Positions 17,076 through 24,305 of a stretch of DNA of 24,305 nucleotides are shown one piece after another. Within the stretch, counting starts at the first letter, position 1. Each line of letters opens with the position of its first letter. The stretch comes from a virus. Lineage: Duplodnaviria > Caudoviricetes. Both the position numbers and the translations under genes were made by a program. The DNA is taken from positions 1-24,305 of the IMG/VR virus record IMGVR_UViG_3300025451_000044. One strand, written 5' to 3'. The notes under the pieces are model-generated. The model had not been told where the DNA came from and made no database searches. It saw nothing but the letters and a program-made list of their open reading frames with translations.

Positions 17076-17407
17076 TGGCCGTCCGTCACTCCGCTGCTGC
17101 ACTTCAGTCGATATTCCTGACGAGCGGTTATATCCGTTTCGATGGATACGATGTTGTAAGTTGACGTATCCCATACGATTCGCATTTTCTGTGTAAGGCC
17201 TGGAAACCAGCGCATGTTAATTCGAGCTGTGACTTCACCTTGCGTAGCGCCTGACTGCACGAACTCTTTGCCTGGGCCAGTCAGGACTTCAGCCGGTACG
17301 TCAGCATAGACATTTTCCCATGTACGAGTGACTGCGCCAGTCGTAGTGTCTTGCACTTCAACCAGCTCTTGTACGGTAACGCGATGGCGTAAGCGATAAG
17401 CAAGCAT
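17072..17407 (-). CDS. Head closure / head-tail joining protein (SPP1 gp16 / HK97 gp7-like)
   Basis: RLRHRVTVQ, QD..TG....W, A.INMRW.PG....MRIVW....YNI.SI. Confidence 0.9.
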   Translation of the reverse strand: MLAYRLRHRVTVQELVEVQDTTTGAVTRTWENVYADVPAEVLTGPGKEFVQSGATQGEVTARINMRWFPGLTQKMRIVWDTSTYNIVSIETDITARQEYRLKCSSGVTDGQ

Positions 17408-17689
17408 TTACACACCCATTTCAACGCGGTACGGCATTAGCTTTGTCTCAGCCGCCATACGCAGCTTTGCTATGTCATCAGGTGATGCTTGATAGCTGGC
17501 TTGTAGCAGCAGCAATACGCCGATGTAGATGCTGTAAGGAAGCTCTGTCCACTCGTCTAGGTTAGCTACGTTAAGAAACATTGCAGCTTCATCCTCTGCT
17601 GACTCAAGCAGGTTCTGTAGCTTTACGTCATCCGAGTCGTGGATAACGTCTAAAAACGATTTGGCGTCAGAAAGCGCAATCAGACTCAT
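17408..17689 (-). CDS. Head-tail connector (HK97 gp6-like)
   Basis: I.LSDAK.FL.V.HD.DD..L..LL.SA, GVLLL, LMPYR motifs. Confidence 0.9.
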   Translation of the reverse strand: MSLIALSDAKSFLDVIHDSDDVKLQNLLESAEDEAAMFLNVANLDEWTELPYSIYIGVLLLLQASYQASPDDIAKLRMAAETKLMPYRVEMGV

Positions 17690-17690
17690 G

Positions 17691-17864
17691 TTAAATCCTT
17701 TCTTCCCAAAATCCAGAAAACACTACTGTAGCAGTTAGGTTGCCTGTGTTGGTTACTACATAATAATAAGTGCCTGGACCAACGCCACGCTCGCTATCGC
17801 CACCATCGCCACGGTCTACAAGTAGCTTAAACAGGTTCTGCCAAAACGGCCATTTGATGTTCAT
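17691..17864 (-). CDS. 57-aa hypothetical protein, possibly an internally deleted remnant
   Basis: Manually translated: MNIKWPFWQNLFKLLVDRGDGGDSERGVGPGTYYYVVTNTGNLTATVVFSGFWEERI*. GAGGA Shine-Dalgarno, ATGA overlap with the upstream stop, fills the gap to gp6 exactly. Confidence 0.7.
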   Translation of the reverse strand: MNIKWPFWQNLFKLLVDRGDGGDSERGVGPGTYYYVVTNTGNLTATVVFSGFWEERI

Positions 17865-18466
17865 ATCAAATCCTCAAGTCTTGCTCTAGGAAAGCAAGTG
17901 ATAGCCGTTTCGCGGCTGGCATTGATTATTTCCACATGGCTGAAATCATCCGCTAATTGCTTGAACTTGTCCAGCCATTGCGATGTCAAGCCAGCGTTGC
18001 CCAAGTTATTAGGGTGATCGCCGTGCCAATGAGACTTGCCACCAGTATGGCCGCAATCAAAGCCGAGCAAGATGACACGCGCTGCACCAGCTTGTTCTGC
18101 CAAGGAAATACAACCTGCTCCTGAGTTTCCATAAATGCCGATCCCTTTAAGCTGCGTGACGTTGTACGACTGGTTTTGGCTATTGCTACTGTAGCGTCCA
18201 CCTTTGAATGTCGCGTTAATCTCGTCGATGTAGGTTTTCCACCAGTCTCTGTCGATTGCAAAAAGTGCATCTGCCCACGGCGCAATACGAAAACTGGTAT
18301 TGGCTACGATAACTGCTTTGGCTTGCGTCCCCGCTTCTTCTCGCCATCTGCGGACTCGTTCAACGTCTTGGTGGCATAGGCTGGGGCCGCTGGCAATGCA
18401 GACGACTGTTCCACCGTCCCAGCGCCCACTAAAGGGCGGTCTTGCAGCACCTTTGTCTGATAGCAC
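17861..18466 (-). CDS. Glycosyltransferase-like domain (DUF115/Maf and CstII sialyltransferase-like fold), probably made as a -1 frameshift fusion
   Basis: VVCIASGPSL, VIVANTSF..APWADALFAID, GNSG..CI.LA...GA.RVILLGFD, HWHG, IINAS motifs. Only a GTG start, 163 nt inside the upstream gene. Confidence 0.7.
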   Translation of the reverse strand: MLSDKGAARPPFSGRWDGGTVVCIASGPSLCHQDVERVRRWREEAGTQAKAVIVANTSFRIAPWADALFAIDRDWWKTYIDEINATFKGGRYSSNSQNQSYNVTQLKGIGIYGNSGAGCISLAEQAGAARVILLGFDCGHTGGKSHWHGDHPNNLGNAGLTSQWLDKFKQLADDFSHVEIINASRETAITCFPRARLEDLI

Positions 18467-18591
18467 ATTGCTAAACCTTCTTGAATGTAGAAATTGGCTT
18501 TGCGATCTGCAATTTCTACGACATCATTTTCTTTTAGGCGACCAAGTTGGTCATCGAATACTGGTTTGCGTGTTGTGATTACGATTTTCAT
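18304..18591 (-). CDS. Small head-associated protein directly downstream of the capsid gene
   Basis: GGAG Shine-Dalgarno; compact N-terminal about 50 aa (GRLKENDVVEIADRKANFYIQEGLA) then a low-complexity basic tail (KKRGRKPK) overlapping the next gene. Confidence 0.75.
   Translation of the reverse strand: MKIVITTRKPVFDDQLGRLKENDVVEIADRKANFYIQEGLAMCYQTKVLQDRPLVGAGTVEQSSALPAAPAYATKTLNESADGEKKRGRKPKQLS
18384..18436 (-). promoter_or_regulatory. Candidate programmed -1 frameshift signal: C CCT TTA plus GC-rich stem-loop
   Basis: Heptamer 18430-18436 is in X XXY YYZ phase with the 95-aa ORF (CGC CCT TTA); a -1 slip enters the glycosyltransferase-like frame (CCC TTT AGT GGG CGC TGG). Downstream GGGCGCTGG...CCAGCGGCCC can pair. 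Confidence 0.65.
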
Positions 18592-18604
18592 AATATCTCC
18601 AATG

Positions 18605-18636
18605 AAAAAGCCCCACAGCTTTTGACCGTGGGGCTT
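18605..18636 (-). terminator. Rho-independent terminator after the capsid gene
   Basis: AAGCCCCACGG-tcaaaag-CTGTGGGGCTT followed by TTTCATT on the minus strand, starting 17 nt after the capsid stop. Confidence 0.8.
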
Positions 18637-18653
18637 AATCTTACAACATTTAC

Positions 18654-19787
18654 TTAGGCAGTGATTGAACCGTAGTAAATTGCGCTTGGTTTTTCCACTC
18701 CGAAACCAAGTCGTTCCTCTGCTCTCAAAGTAACAAGGTTATTGGTGAAATCGGCATTGATGTAGCCCATTTCAACGGTAGCACCTTGACGGTTGTACAG
18801 AGCACATGCCATGTCAAACGCACCGATGGCGAAGTTGCCTTGCGTCATGTTAGCCGACAGAACGATGCGGACACCAAACGGGTTGGCGTTGCCAGCAGCG
18901 CCAGGCATACCATACAGGTAGTTACCCGAACTAGAACCTTCGCGAGTACGCTCCATCGCGCCCCAATCAGCAGGGTTGACGATTACTGCGTCAGGCATGT
19001 AGCCCTTAGCCCACAGAGCGTACTTAGCACGGTTAATTGCATCAACCAGCAGATCGCCAGACGAAGCAGTGTAAGCCGTGTAGTTGCCGCTGTCAGTGAT
19101 GCCGGACAGGTTAGGCGAAGTGCCATTGCCATTCAGCAACTGAGCGTCAACACGCTGTGCCAGGCCATCGCGCAGACGGGTTTCAATGTAAGCGACAACT
19201 GCTGGAGCGTCAGCCAGCAGTTGGTTCGATACCTTGATCCAGTGAGCAACAGTGGTGATAGGCACGTTGTACTGCTCAAACGTGAGGTCCGACTCAGGCT
19301 TGGCAGCACCTTGCGATACTTCAGCAGCATCGTTAGTCCACGAAGCTTCACGCAGCGAGTTGACCATGTTGCTGGCAACAGGAATTGCGCGGAACAGTTG
19401 ACGAATAGTCAGTGGCTTGAAGTCACCAGAGATGATGCCAGCATTTTGCTGTGGGAATACGGTAGTCGTACCAGAAGTAACGGTGTTCTTGACTTCCAGA
19501 CGAGCGCGTTGCGTATTGCCAGCAACCAATTGCTTGAAAGCATCCGACTTGATGAACTCAGCACCAGCCGTTTCAATCACAGAATCCTTAGCGGAAGTCT
19601 TGATGCCTTCCAACTTCTGCGACAGGTCGGTAATCGTCGATTCAAACTTTTCCGACAGAGCCTTAACTTCGTCCTTAGCTTCTTGCGAAACCTTGCCGTT
19701 TACTTCAAGCTGACCTTCGTATTTTTGGATAGCAGCGTCGATAGCCGACTTGTGCGAATCCAATGCTGCCTTAATTTCTAGTTCCAT
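18654..19787 (-). CDS. Major capsid protein, HK97 fold with N-terminal delta (scaffold) domain
   Basis: About 100-aa coiled-coil N-terminus ending LEVK|NT; KPESDLTF, TVAHW..VS.QLLAD, LLNGNG, F.NNLVTLRAEERL. Confidence 0.97.
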   Translation of the reverse strand: MELEIKAALDSHKSAIDAAIQKYEGQLEVNGKVSQEAKDEVKALSEKFESTITDLSQKLEGIKTSAKDSVIETAGAEFIKSDAFKQLVAGNTQRARLEVKNTVTSGTTTVFPQQNAGIISGDFKPLTIRQLFRAIPVASNMVNSLREASWTNDAAEVSQGAAKPESDLTFEQYNVPITTVAHWIKVSNQLLADAPAVVAYIETRLRDGLAQRVDAQLLNGNGTSPNLSGITDSGNYTAYTASSGDLLVDAINRAKYALWAKGYMPDAVIVNPADWGAMERTREGSSSGNYLYGMPGAAGNANPFGVRIVLSANMTQGNFAIGAFDMACALYNRQGATVEMGYINADFTNNLVTLRAEERLGFGVEKPSAIYYGSITA

Positions 19788-19797
19788 AATGTTTCCT

Positions 19798-20448
19798 TTA
19801 TTTAGGGAGTGAGTTGCTCATAGCAAGAATTGCCTGAGCGATTTCATTGGCAGAATTCTGTTCTTGTTCCAGCTCCCCTCGAACAATGGATTTAATGCGA
19901 CTAACCAACATCACCGCATCTTCCTTAGCGTACCCTGACTCCCTCACGAAACGCTCAATATCACGAACTGTTTTCAACTCGTCAATTGCCGACTTAATAT
20001 CGCCAATCTGAGCTGCTAAATCTGCTGGAGATTCTACTACACTAATCTCAACTAATTCAATCTCGTGTAAATCAACGCCGCCAGTTGCATTTGGAATACC
20101 TTTATTGATTCGATAGCCAATAGACATTCCTGTAACTGCACCGTGCTTCAAAGATGCGTAAACATCTTCTGCTTTACTGTGACCAGGGGTTAATTCACCT
20201 TCAACCCACAAACCATGTTCTGTTTCGCTGATTTCGGTCCATTTACCAATTACTTCACCATAATGGTTCCAGCGCATTTGAACAGGGCGGATACGATTTT
20301 CCAATGTTGCAGCATACGCACCTGGAATTACAGTATCACCGTAAGAGTCTACACCGCCAAACTTAGAGGCATAGCCGCTAAAGAATCCACGACGAGCGTC
20401 ATCAAATTTGACTTCAATGTTATTTAGATCAATTAGTTTGTGTTGCAT
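19798..20448 (-). CDS. Prohead maturation protease (HK97 gp4 type, S78)
   Basis: FSGYASKFGGVDSYGD, WNH, GLWVEG.LT, GMSIGY, LVEISVV..PA. ATG 20448 has an AAGGAG Shine-Dalgarno. Confidence 0.95.
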   Translation of the reverse strand: MQHKLIDLNNIEVKFDDARRGFFSGYASKFGGVDSYGDTVIPGAYAATLENRIRPVQMRWNHYGEVIGKWTEISETEHGLWVEGELTPGHSKAEDVYASLKHGAVTGMSIGYRINKGIPNATGGVDLHEIELVEISVVESPADLAAQIGDIKSAIDELKTVRDIERFVRESGYAKEDAVMLVSRIKSIVRGELEQEQNSANEIAQAILAMSNSLPK

Positions 20449-21658
20449 TTGGCACTCCTTGTACGGCAATCTGCGTACCAAGTTTATCAATTGGAGCCAT
20501 GTTTATTTGTGATAACAGCATATCACCACCTTCAACGGTAGGCAAACCTTCGATTTTGCGGACTTCATTAGGAGTCATAATCGTTCCAGCAACTGCTGTT
20601 CGATATGCTTCTAGGCGAGACTTAAAGTCTGAGCGTAAAAGACCCTCAAAATCAAACTCAAATTCGTGCGTTTTAGATTCTGCTTCTGTAAGTAGGTTGC
20701 AAGATACAGAGTTTTCAATACGTTCAAGGTACGGACGCAGATTTAGCTTGTAAAAGCCGCTAACTAACTGCTCAACACCAGAACCCCACGTTGTAGAGCC
20801 AGATGTATCGTTTACCAGTACAGAAGGCACACCGAACCAGCGGCAAATTTCTTCTAGTTGAAACTTACGACTAGCAAGCAACTCAATATCTTGTGGTGAC
20901 ATCGAAACTGGGTCAAATTTCATGCCGTTTTCAAGTACCAACAGGCGTTCGCTAGTTCCTGTAGTCAGTGTGCTGAAGTTTGCGCGTACTGCGTCACGTT
21001 GTTCTGGCGTAAGCAAGCGGTCAATACTCAATACGCCTGAGCGTTTACCGCCGTTCTGATACACCTTAGTAACTGTTTTCTCAGCCGCTTGTGCAATACC
21101 GATCATGTTACGACCAAAGGCAAGTGGCGATTTACCGATAATGCCGTTGCCGTATAGCTTAATGTGCCAGATTGATTCGCTTGAATAAATCTCTACACCT
21201 CCGTCATTTAGGTATTCGTAAACAACTGAGCCATCATCAAGCAACGCTGGCGTAACTTGGCTAGACATAATAGGCAACAACGAACGAATCGTATTTCCTG
21301 TACGAATGATTTTGCAGTAAGCATTACCATGCAACGTCAAGTTGAGCATGATAGTTTCAAAGAACTCAACCCGCGTCTGATAGCGATTAGGTTTTCGCGC
21401 CATTAAACGCGCAAGCCAGAACTCATCGTCACGCTCACGACCCGTAGGTGTTTTTTTGTACACGGCAACAGGCAAACTAGCAACTGTTTCTGAAAGCAGC
21501 TTAACGCAAGCCCATACTGCGCTGGTTTGCATCGCAGAATCTTCAGTAACTGATACAGCAGCCTCATCCGCATATGCACCTGGACCAGTGATTTGGATGC
21601 CTTCTGTGCGCTGTGTGCTGCCACCAAACCAGCTAAATAAATTCTGCCAAAATGCCAT
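20429..21658 (-). CDS. Portal protein (HK97 family)
   Basis: SAVWACV.LLSE.VASLP, PN.YQT, L.LHGNAY, G.SP, ICRWFGVP, MTPNEVR..EGLP...GGD. ATG 21658 or GTG 21664. Confidence 0.97.
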   Translation of the reverse strand: MAFWQNLFSWFGGSTQRTEGIQITGPGAYADEAAVSVTEDSAMQTSAVWACVKLLSETVASLPVAVYKKTPTGRERDDEFWLARLMARKPNRYQTRVEFFETIMLNLTLHGNAYCKIIRTGNTIRSLLPIMSSQVTPALLDDGSVVYEYLNDGGVEIYSSESIWHIKLYGNGIIGKSPLAFGRNMIGIAQAAEKTVTKVYQNGGKRSGVLSIDRLLTPEQRDAVRANFSTLTTGTSERLLVLENGMKFDPVSMSPQDIELLASRKFQLEEICRWFGVPSVLVNDTSGSTTWGSGVEQLVSGFYKLNLRPYLERIENSVSCNLLTEAESKTHEFEFDFEGLLRSDFKSRLEAYRTAVAGTIMTPNEVRKIEGLPTVEGGDMLLSQINMAPIDKLGTQIAVQGVPNATQTN

Positions 21659-21660
21659 AT

Positions 21661-23187
21661 TCACATCCCCAAAGGATTAGCTAGGAAATCGTTAAATGCA
21701 GCTTCGTCATCCATTTCGTCGTGACGCGCAGCTATACCTAACGCCATAGCCATTGCTACTATACCGTCAATTCTACCCGTTGCTTTATGTTTGTCCAGCT
21801 TTCTGTTACCGGCAGTATCTTTTGTAATCATTGCGTTAGCGGCACACATGGTCAAAACAGGATGATTACCATGTGCAATACGACCATTAAGCAATTCTGA
21901 TTCAAGTGTGTCAATTGCTGGCGACATATCCTTAAATCCTTGACCAAACTCAATTAAAGGCAATTCTACGCCTAAATTATTAAGCTCTTTGGTCAAAATG
22001 TCGATGCGCCATCGGTCATAAGCGATTTGCTGGACGTTTAATTGGCTAAATATGTGCGAAATATCCTGTGCAATGTACTCATAATCGACTGTTGCACCTG
22101 GTGTTGTCGCCATATAACCTTGCTTTACCCAGACATCATACGGCTGTCTATCGCGTTTTGCACGGTCTGAAAGTCCGTTTTCTGGGGTCCAGAAGTACGG
22201 AATTGTGTGCCAAACGCCGTTAATTTGTCCGCAAATGACCAGTGCAGTTAAGTCAGTACGGGCAGAAAGGTCTAATCCAGCGTAAACAGGTGAGTTTCCG
22301 AAGTCTAAAACCTTGCCGCCGCATGATTCCCAAACATTACGGCTGATAAATGGCGTAAATGTAGATACACGCTGATTAAGAATCAGGTTTCTGAATGTGT
22401 TTTCCGTGGAAGGCATACGCGCCGCTTGTTTAGCCTGTTCTTCCAAGTCTGGTAAAGAACGGAAGATTCCCAACGCTGGATTTGCTGCGTACCATGCCTC
22501 TGTATCAAGAACATCCGCTTCTTTTTTAGCCGCGTACACATGCGATACGATTTTCGGGTCTTTTGATCGCGCCGCATCATCCAACCATTGCGAGAATAAA
22601 TCCACATCATTGGCCGCCTGGGTAGAAATCGCTACAAGTAAAGGTGATTTGTGTGCGCCTTGAGCCGTTGTGATGGCATCAACGAAGTCATCTTGTGGCC
22701 CACGAATCTGCCCAACCTCATCCAAAATAGCCAAAACAGGCGACAAACCATGCGCTGTTGTACCGTCAGCAGACAATGCTTTGTACTCAACATTAGCTTT
22801 TAAGCCAATAATTCGCTTAGAAGATGGCACTAAACGATACAAACCTTGGAATTTAGGTTGTAAATTTAGCATTTTTTCTGCTAGATGATAAATCAAAGCC
22901 GCTTGTTCCCGCGACCTTGCTCCGCTAACTATCTGTGAGTTTTGTATTCTTTCTGGTCCAATGATATGTGCAAGAAGTAAACATGCAATTGTTGCACTTT
23001 TGGCGTTTTTTCTCGCCATAGACAGGTAAGCGCGTCTAGTTCCGGCAGGATTGTCATAAACATCAAGAATAAACTTTCGCTGAAAGTCTGCAAGCTTGAT
23101 TGGATTACCAACAAACTCGCCTTCTGGCACAAGCAAAAATGTCTCAATGAAGCGACAAACTTTTTGTCCTCTGGTTTCGTTTTTCAT
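21661..23187 (-). CDS. terL: Terminase large subunit (HK97-type)
   Basis: Walker A ARKNAKS, Walker B LAILDE, ISTQA coupling motif, GLDLS and IDG nuclease acidic residues, YDRW. Confidence 0.97.
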   Translation of the reverse strand: MKNETRGQKVCRFIETFLLVPEGEFVGNPIKLADFQRKFILDVYDNPAGTRRAYLSMARKNAKSATIACLLLAHIIGPERIQNSQIVSGARSREQAALIYHLAEKMLNLQPKFQGLYRLVPSSKRIIGLKANVEYKALSADGTTAHGLSPVLAILDEVGQIRGPQDDFVDAITTAQGAHKSPLLVAISTQAANDVDLFSQWLDDAARSKDPKIVSHVYAAKKEADVLDTEAWYAANPALGIFRSLPDLEEQAKQAARMPSTENTFRNLILNQRVSTFTPFISRNVWESCGGKVLDFGNSPVYAGLDLSARTDLTALVICGQINGVWHTIPYFWTPENGLSDRAKRDRQPYDVWVKQGYMATTPGATVDYEYIAQDISHIFSQLNVQQIAYDRWRIDILTKELNNLGVELPLIEFGQGFKDMSPAIDTLESELLNGRIAHGNHPVLTMCAANAMITKDTAGNRKLDKHKATGRIDGIVAMAMALGIAARHDEMDDEAAFNDFLANPLGM

Positions 23188-23228
23188 AATGTGAAATGTT
23201 GTATAATCGCGCGCGCCTCATGCCTGTA

Positions 23229-23684
23229 TCAAATCAAGTCGTCTGCTGATACTTTATCAAGCACTTTACGCGCTTCTCTATCTGCTTTATTGCGTGATTC
23301 TTGATCTTTTCCAGCGGTTCCCATTTGGCTTGCAGATAAACCAAGTGCTTTGTTAAGTTGCAAAACAGTAGACATTAAACTCTGCTTTGCAGAAATTGCT
23401 GGATTTGTTACTGGCCATCCTTTTTCAGATAGAACCATAAGACCTTTGCTGTTGATTTCGCTGTTTGCCTCATCAACCTGCGCGTAAGTAACAGCCAAGT
23501 TAGTCGCTAGCAGAATATGGTTTTCATCCCATGATTCAACTTCCCTGCTGCGAACCACGCGCTCAAAATAATTGCGCTGCAATTCATCAAGTGGATACGC
23601 AGGTTCAACGCCAGCCATGATTCGCTTTGTCGTTTCAATTTGACCAGCAATTGTGTTTTTCTGTGTGCGTTTACGTTGTGCCAT
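23229..23684 (-). CDS. terS: Terminase small subunit (P27-like)
   Basis: Position upstream of TerL; KGLMV...G.PVTNPA and LGLS motifs; AGGAG Shine-Dalgarno. Confidence 0.85.
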   Translation of the reverse strand: MAQRKRTQKNTIAGQIETTKRIMAGVEPAYPLDELQRNYFERVVRSREVESWDENHILLATNLAVTYAQVDEANSEINSKGLMVLSEKGWPVTNPAISAKQSLMSTVLQLNKALGLSASQMGTAGKDQESRNKADREARKVLDKVSADDLI

Positions 23685-23693
23685 ATCAATCTC

Positions 23694-23999
23694 CTATTTG
23701 TACCAGTGCGAATTTCTGTCTAGTGGTTGGCCGTCAGCATCACCACCAATTTCAATCTCACGCTTTTCCATCTTCTGCTTCGTGCTGTTGTGATGAGCAT
23801 AGCATAGGCTTTGAAACGGGCCGCGATAGAACCTAACTTCGTCACCACGGTGCGGAAAGATATGGTCAACTACATTAGCCAGTGTAATCTTGCCTTGCTG
23901 TTCGCACATGACGCATAACGGATTCTCTGTGATGTGCGCTTTGCGTATCTTCTGCCACTTGTAGGTGCGATACAGGTGTTGGTATTCGTGGTTAGCCAT
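23694..23999 (-). CDS. Terminase-associated HNH endonuclease (HK97 gp74-like)
   Basis: W..IR......NPLCVMC, VVDHI.PHRGD, QSLC..HHN..K; adjacent to TerS. Confidence 0.92.
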   Translation of the reverse strand: MANHEYQHLYRTYKWQKIRKAHITENPLCVMCEQQGKITLANVVDHIFPHRGDEVRFYRGPFQSLCYAHHNSTKQKMEKREIEIGGDADGQPLDRNSHWYK

Positions 24000-24030
24000 T
24001 TGAGTTGTAAAGGATTACTTGATAACTGAA

Positions 24031-24186
24031 TTATAGCGTCTGCTGTGTATTCCGCTCTGCACCAAATTCATCACCACCTTCGTCGTCACCTTCTTCAACC
24101 AGGCACTCAAGCAAAGCGTCAAGCTTCTGGTGAAGCACACTTAGCTCAAATAAAACAACCTCAATCTTTTGTTCTACGGTTTTCAT
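24031..24186 (-). CDS. Small acidic hypothetical protein (51 aa)
   Basis: Manually translated MKTVEQKIEVVLFELSVLHQKLDALLECLVEEGDDEGGDEFGAERNTQQTL*; GAGG Shine-Dalgarno 5 nt upstream. Confidence 0.7.
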   Translation of the reverse strand: MKTVEQKIEVVLFELSVLHQKLDALLECLVEEGDDEGGDEFGAERNTQQTL

Positions 24187-24305
24187 GTCAACCTCATGTC
24201 TAAAAAGTGTCAGAAAGTATACATATGTTACTGCTTATGTACATTTTATGGCGTTTTGTATACATATATTACCCCCTCAAAGTGCAGCACCCGATGAAAT
24301 ACTTG

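Larger units (their letters stand above)
297..24186 (-). mobile_element. HK97-like siphophage/prophage late operon (packaging, head, tail, lysis)
   Basis: Continuous co-oriented, often ATGA/GTGA-coupled genes in the canonical order HNH-TerS-TerL-portal-protease-capsid-connectors-tail-TMP-tip-fibre-lysis. No integrase or att site in the window, so free phage versus prophage cannot be decided. Confidence 0.97.

Noticed and set aside
17076-17174. Upstream half of the 70-aa ORF in the track
   Set aside because: Overlaps the head-closure gene; the protein-like part starts at the coupled ATG 17075.
18786-19781. 331-aa plus-strand ORF
   Set aside because: Antisense shadow of the codon-biased capsid gene; no recognisable motifs.
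22995-23020. TerL Walker A reading ARKNAKS rather than GKS/GKT
   Set aside because: Ala at this position occurs in HK97-type terminases and the other motifs are intact, so it is not evidence of inactivation.
1-24305. tRNA genes, CRISPR arrays, introns, inteins or stop-codon reassignment
   Set aside because: Intergenic gaps are tiny, no cloverleaf or repeat-spacer pattern was seen, and core genes are full length under the standard code.

Overview
The whole window is the late (virion and lysis) region of an HK97-like siphophage or prophage of a Gram-negative host, read almost entirely on the minus strand. Gene order is: small acidic ORF, HNH, TerS, TerL, portal, prohead protease, HK97-fold capsid, accessory head-region genes, head-tail connectors, tail tube, tail chaperone with -1 frameshift, tape measure, tail tip (Dit-like, DUF1833-like, NlpC/P60, 1867-aa J-like fibre), side-fibre module, free-standing HNH, lysis cassette (two membrane proteins, SAR-type lysozyme, Rz with embedded Rz1), TraR/DksA-like gene and a terminator. 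The most notable signal lies just after the capsid gene. A second, correctly phased -1 slippery site (C CCT TTA plus a downstream stem-loop) would fuse a 54-aa head-associated domain to a sialyltransferase/Maf-like glycosyltransferase domain. Nearby are a probable deletion scar joining the start of a GT9-like glycosyltransferase to the end of a methyltransferase-like gene, and a probably internally deleted 57-aa gene. Together these suggest a partly decayed virion glycosylation/modification cassette. All product calls come from motif recognition and gene order only; no searches were run.
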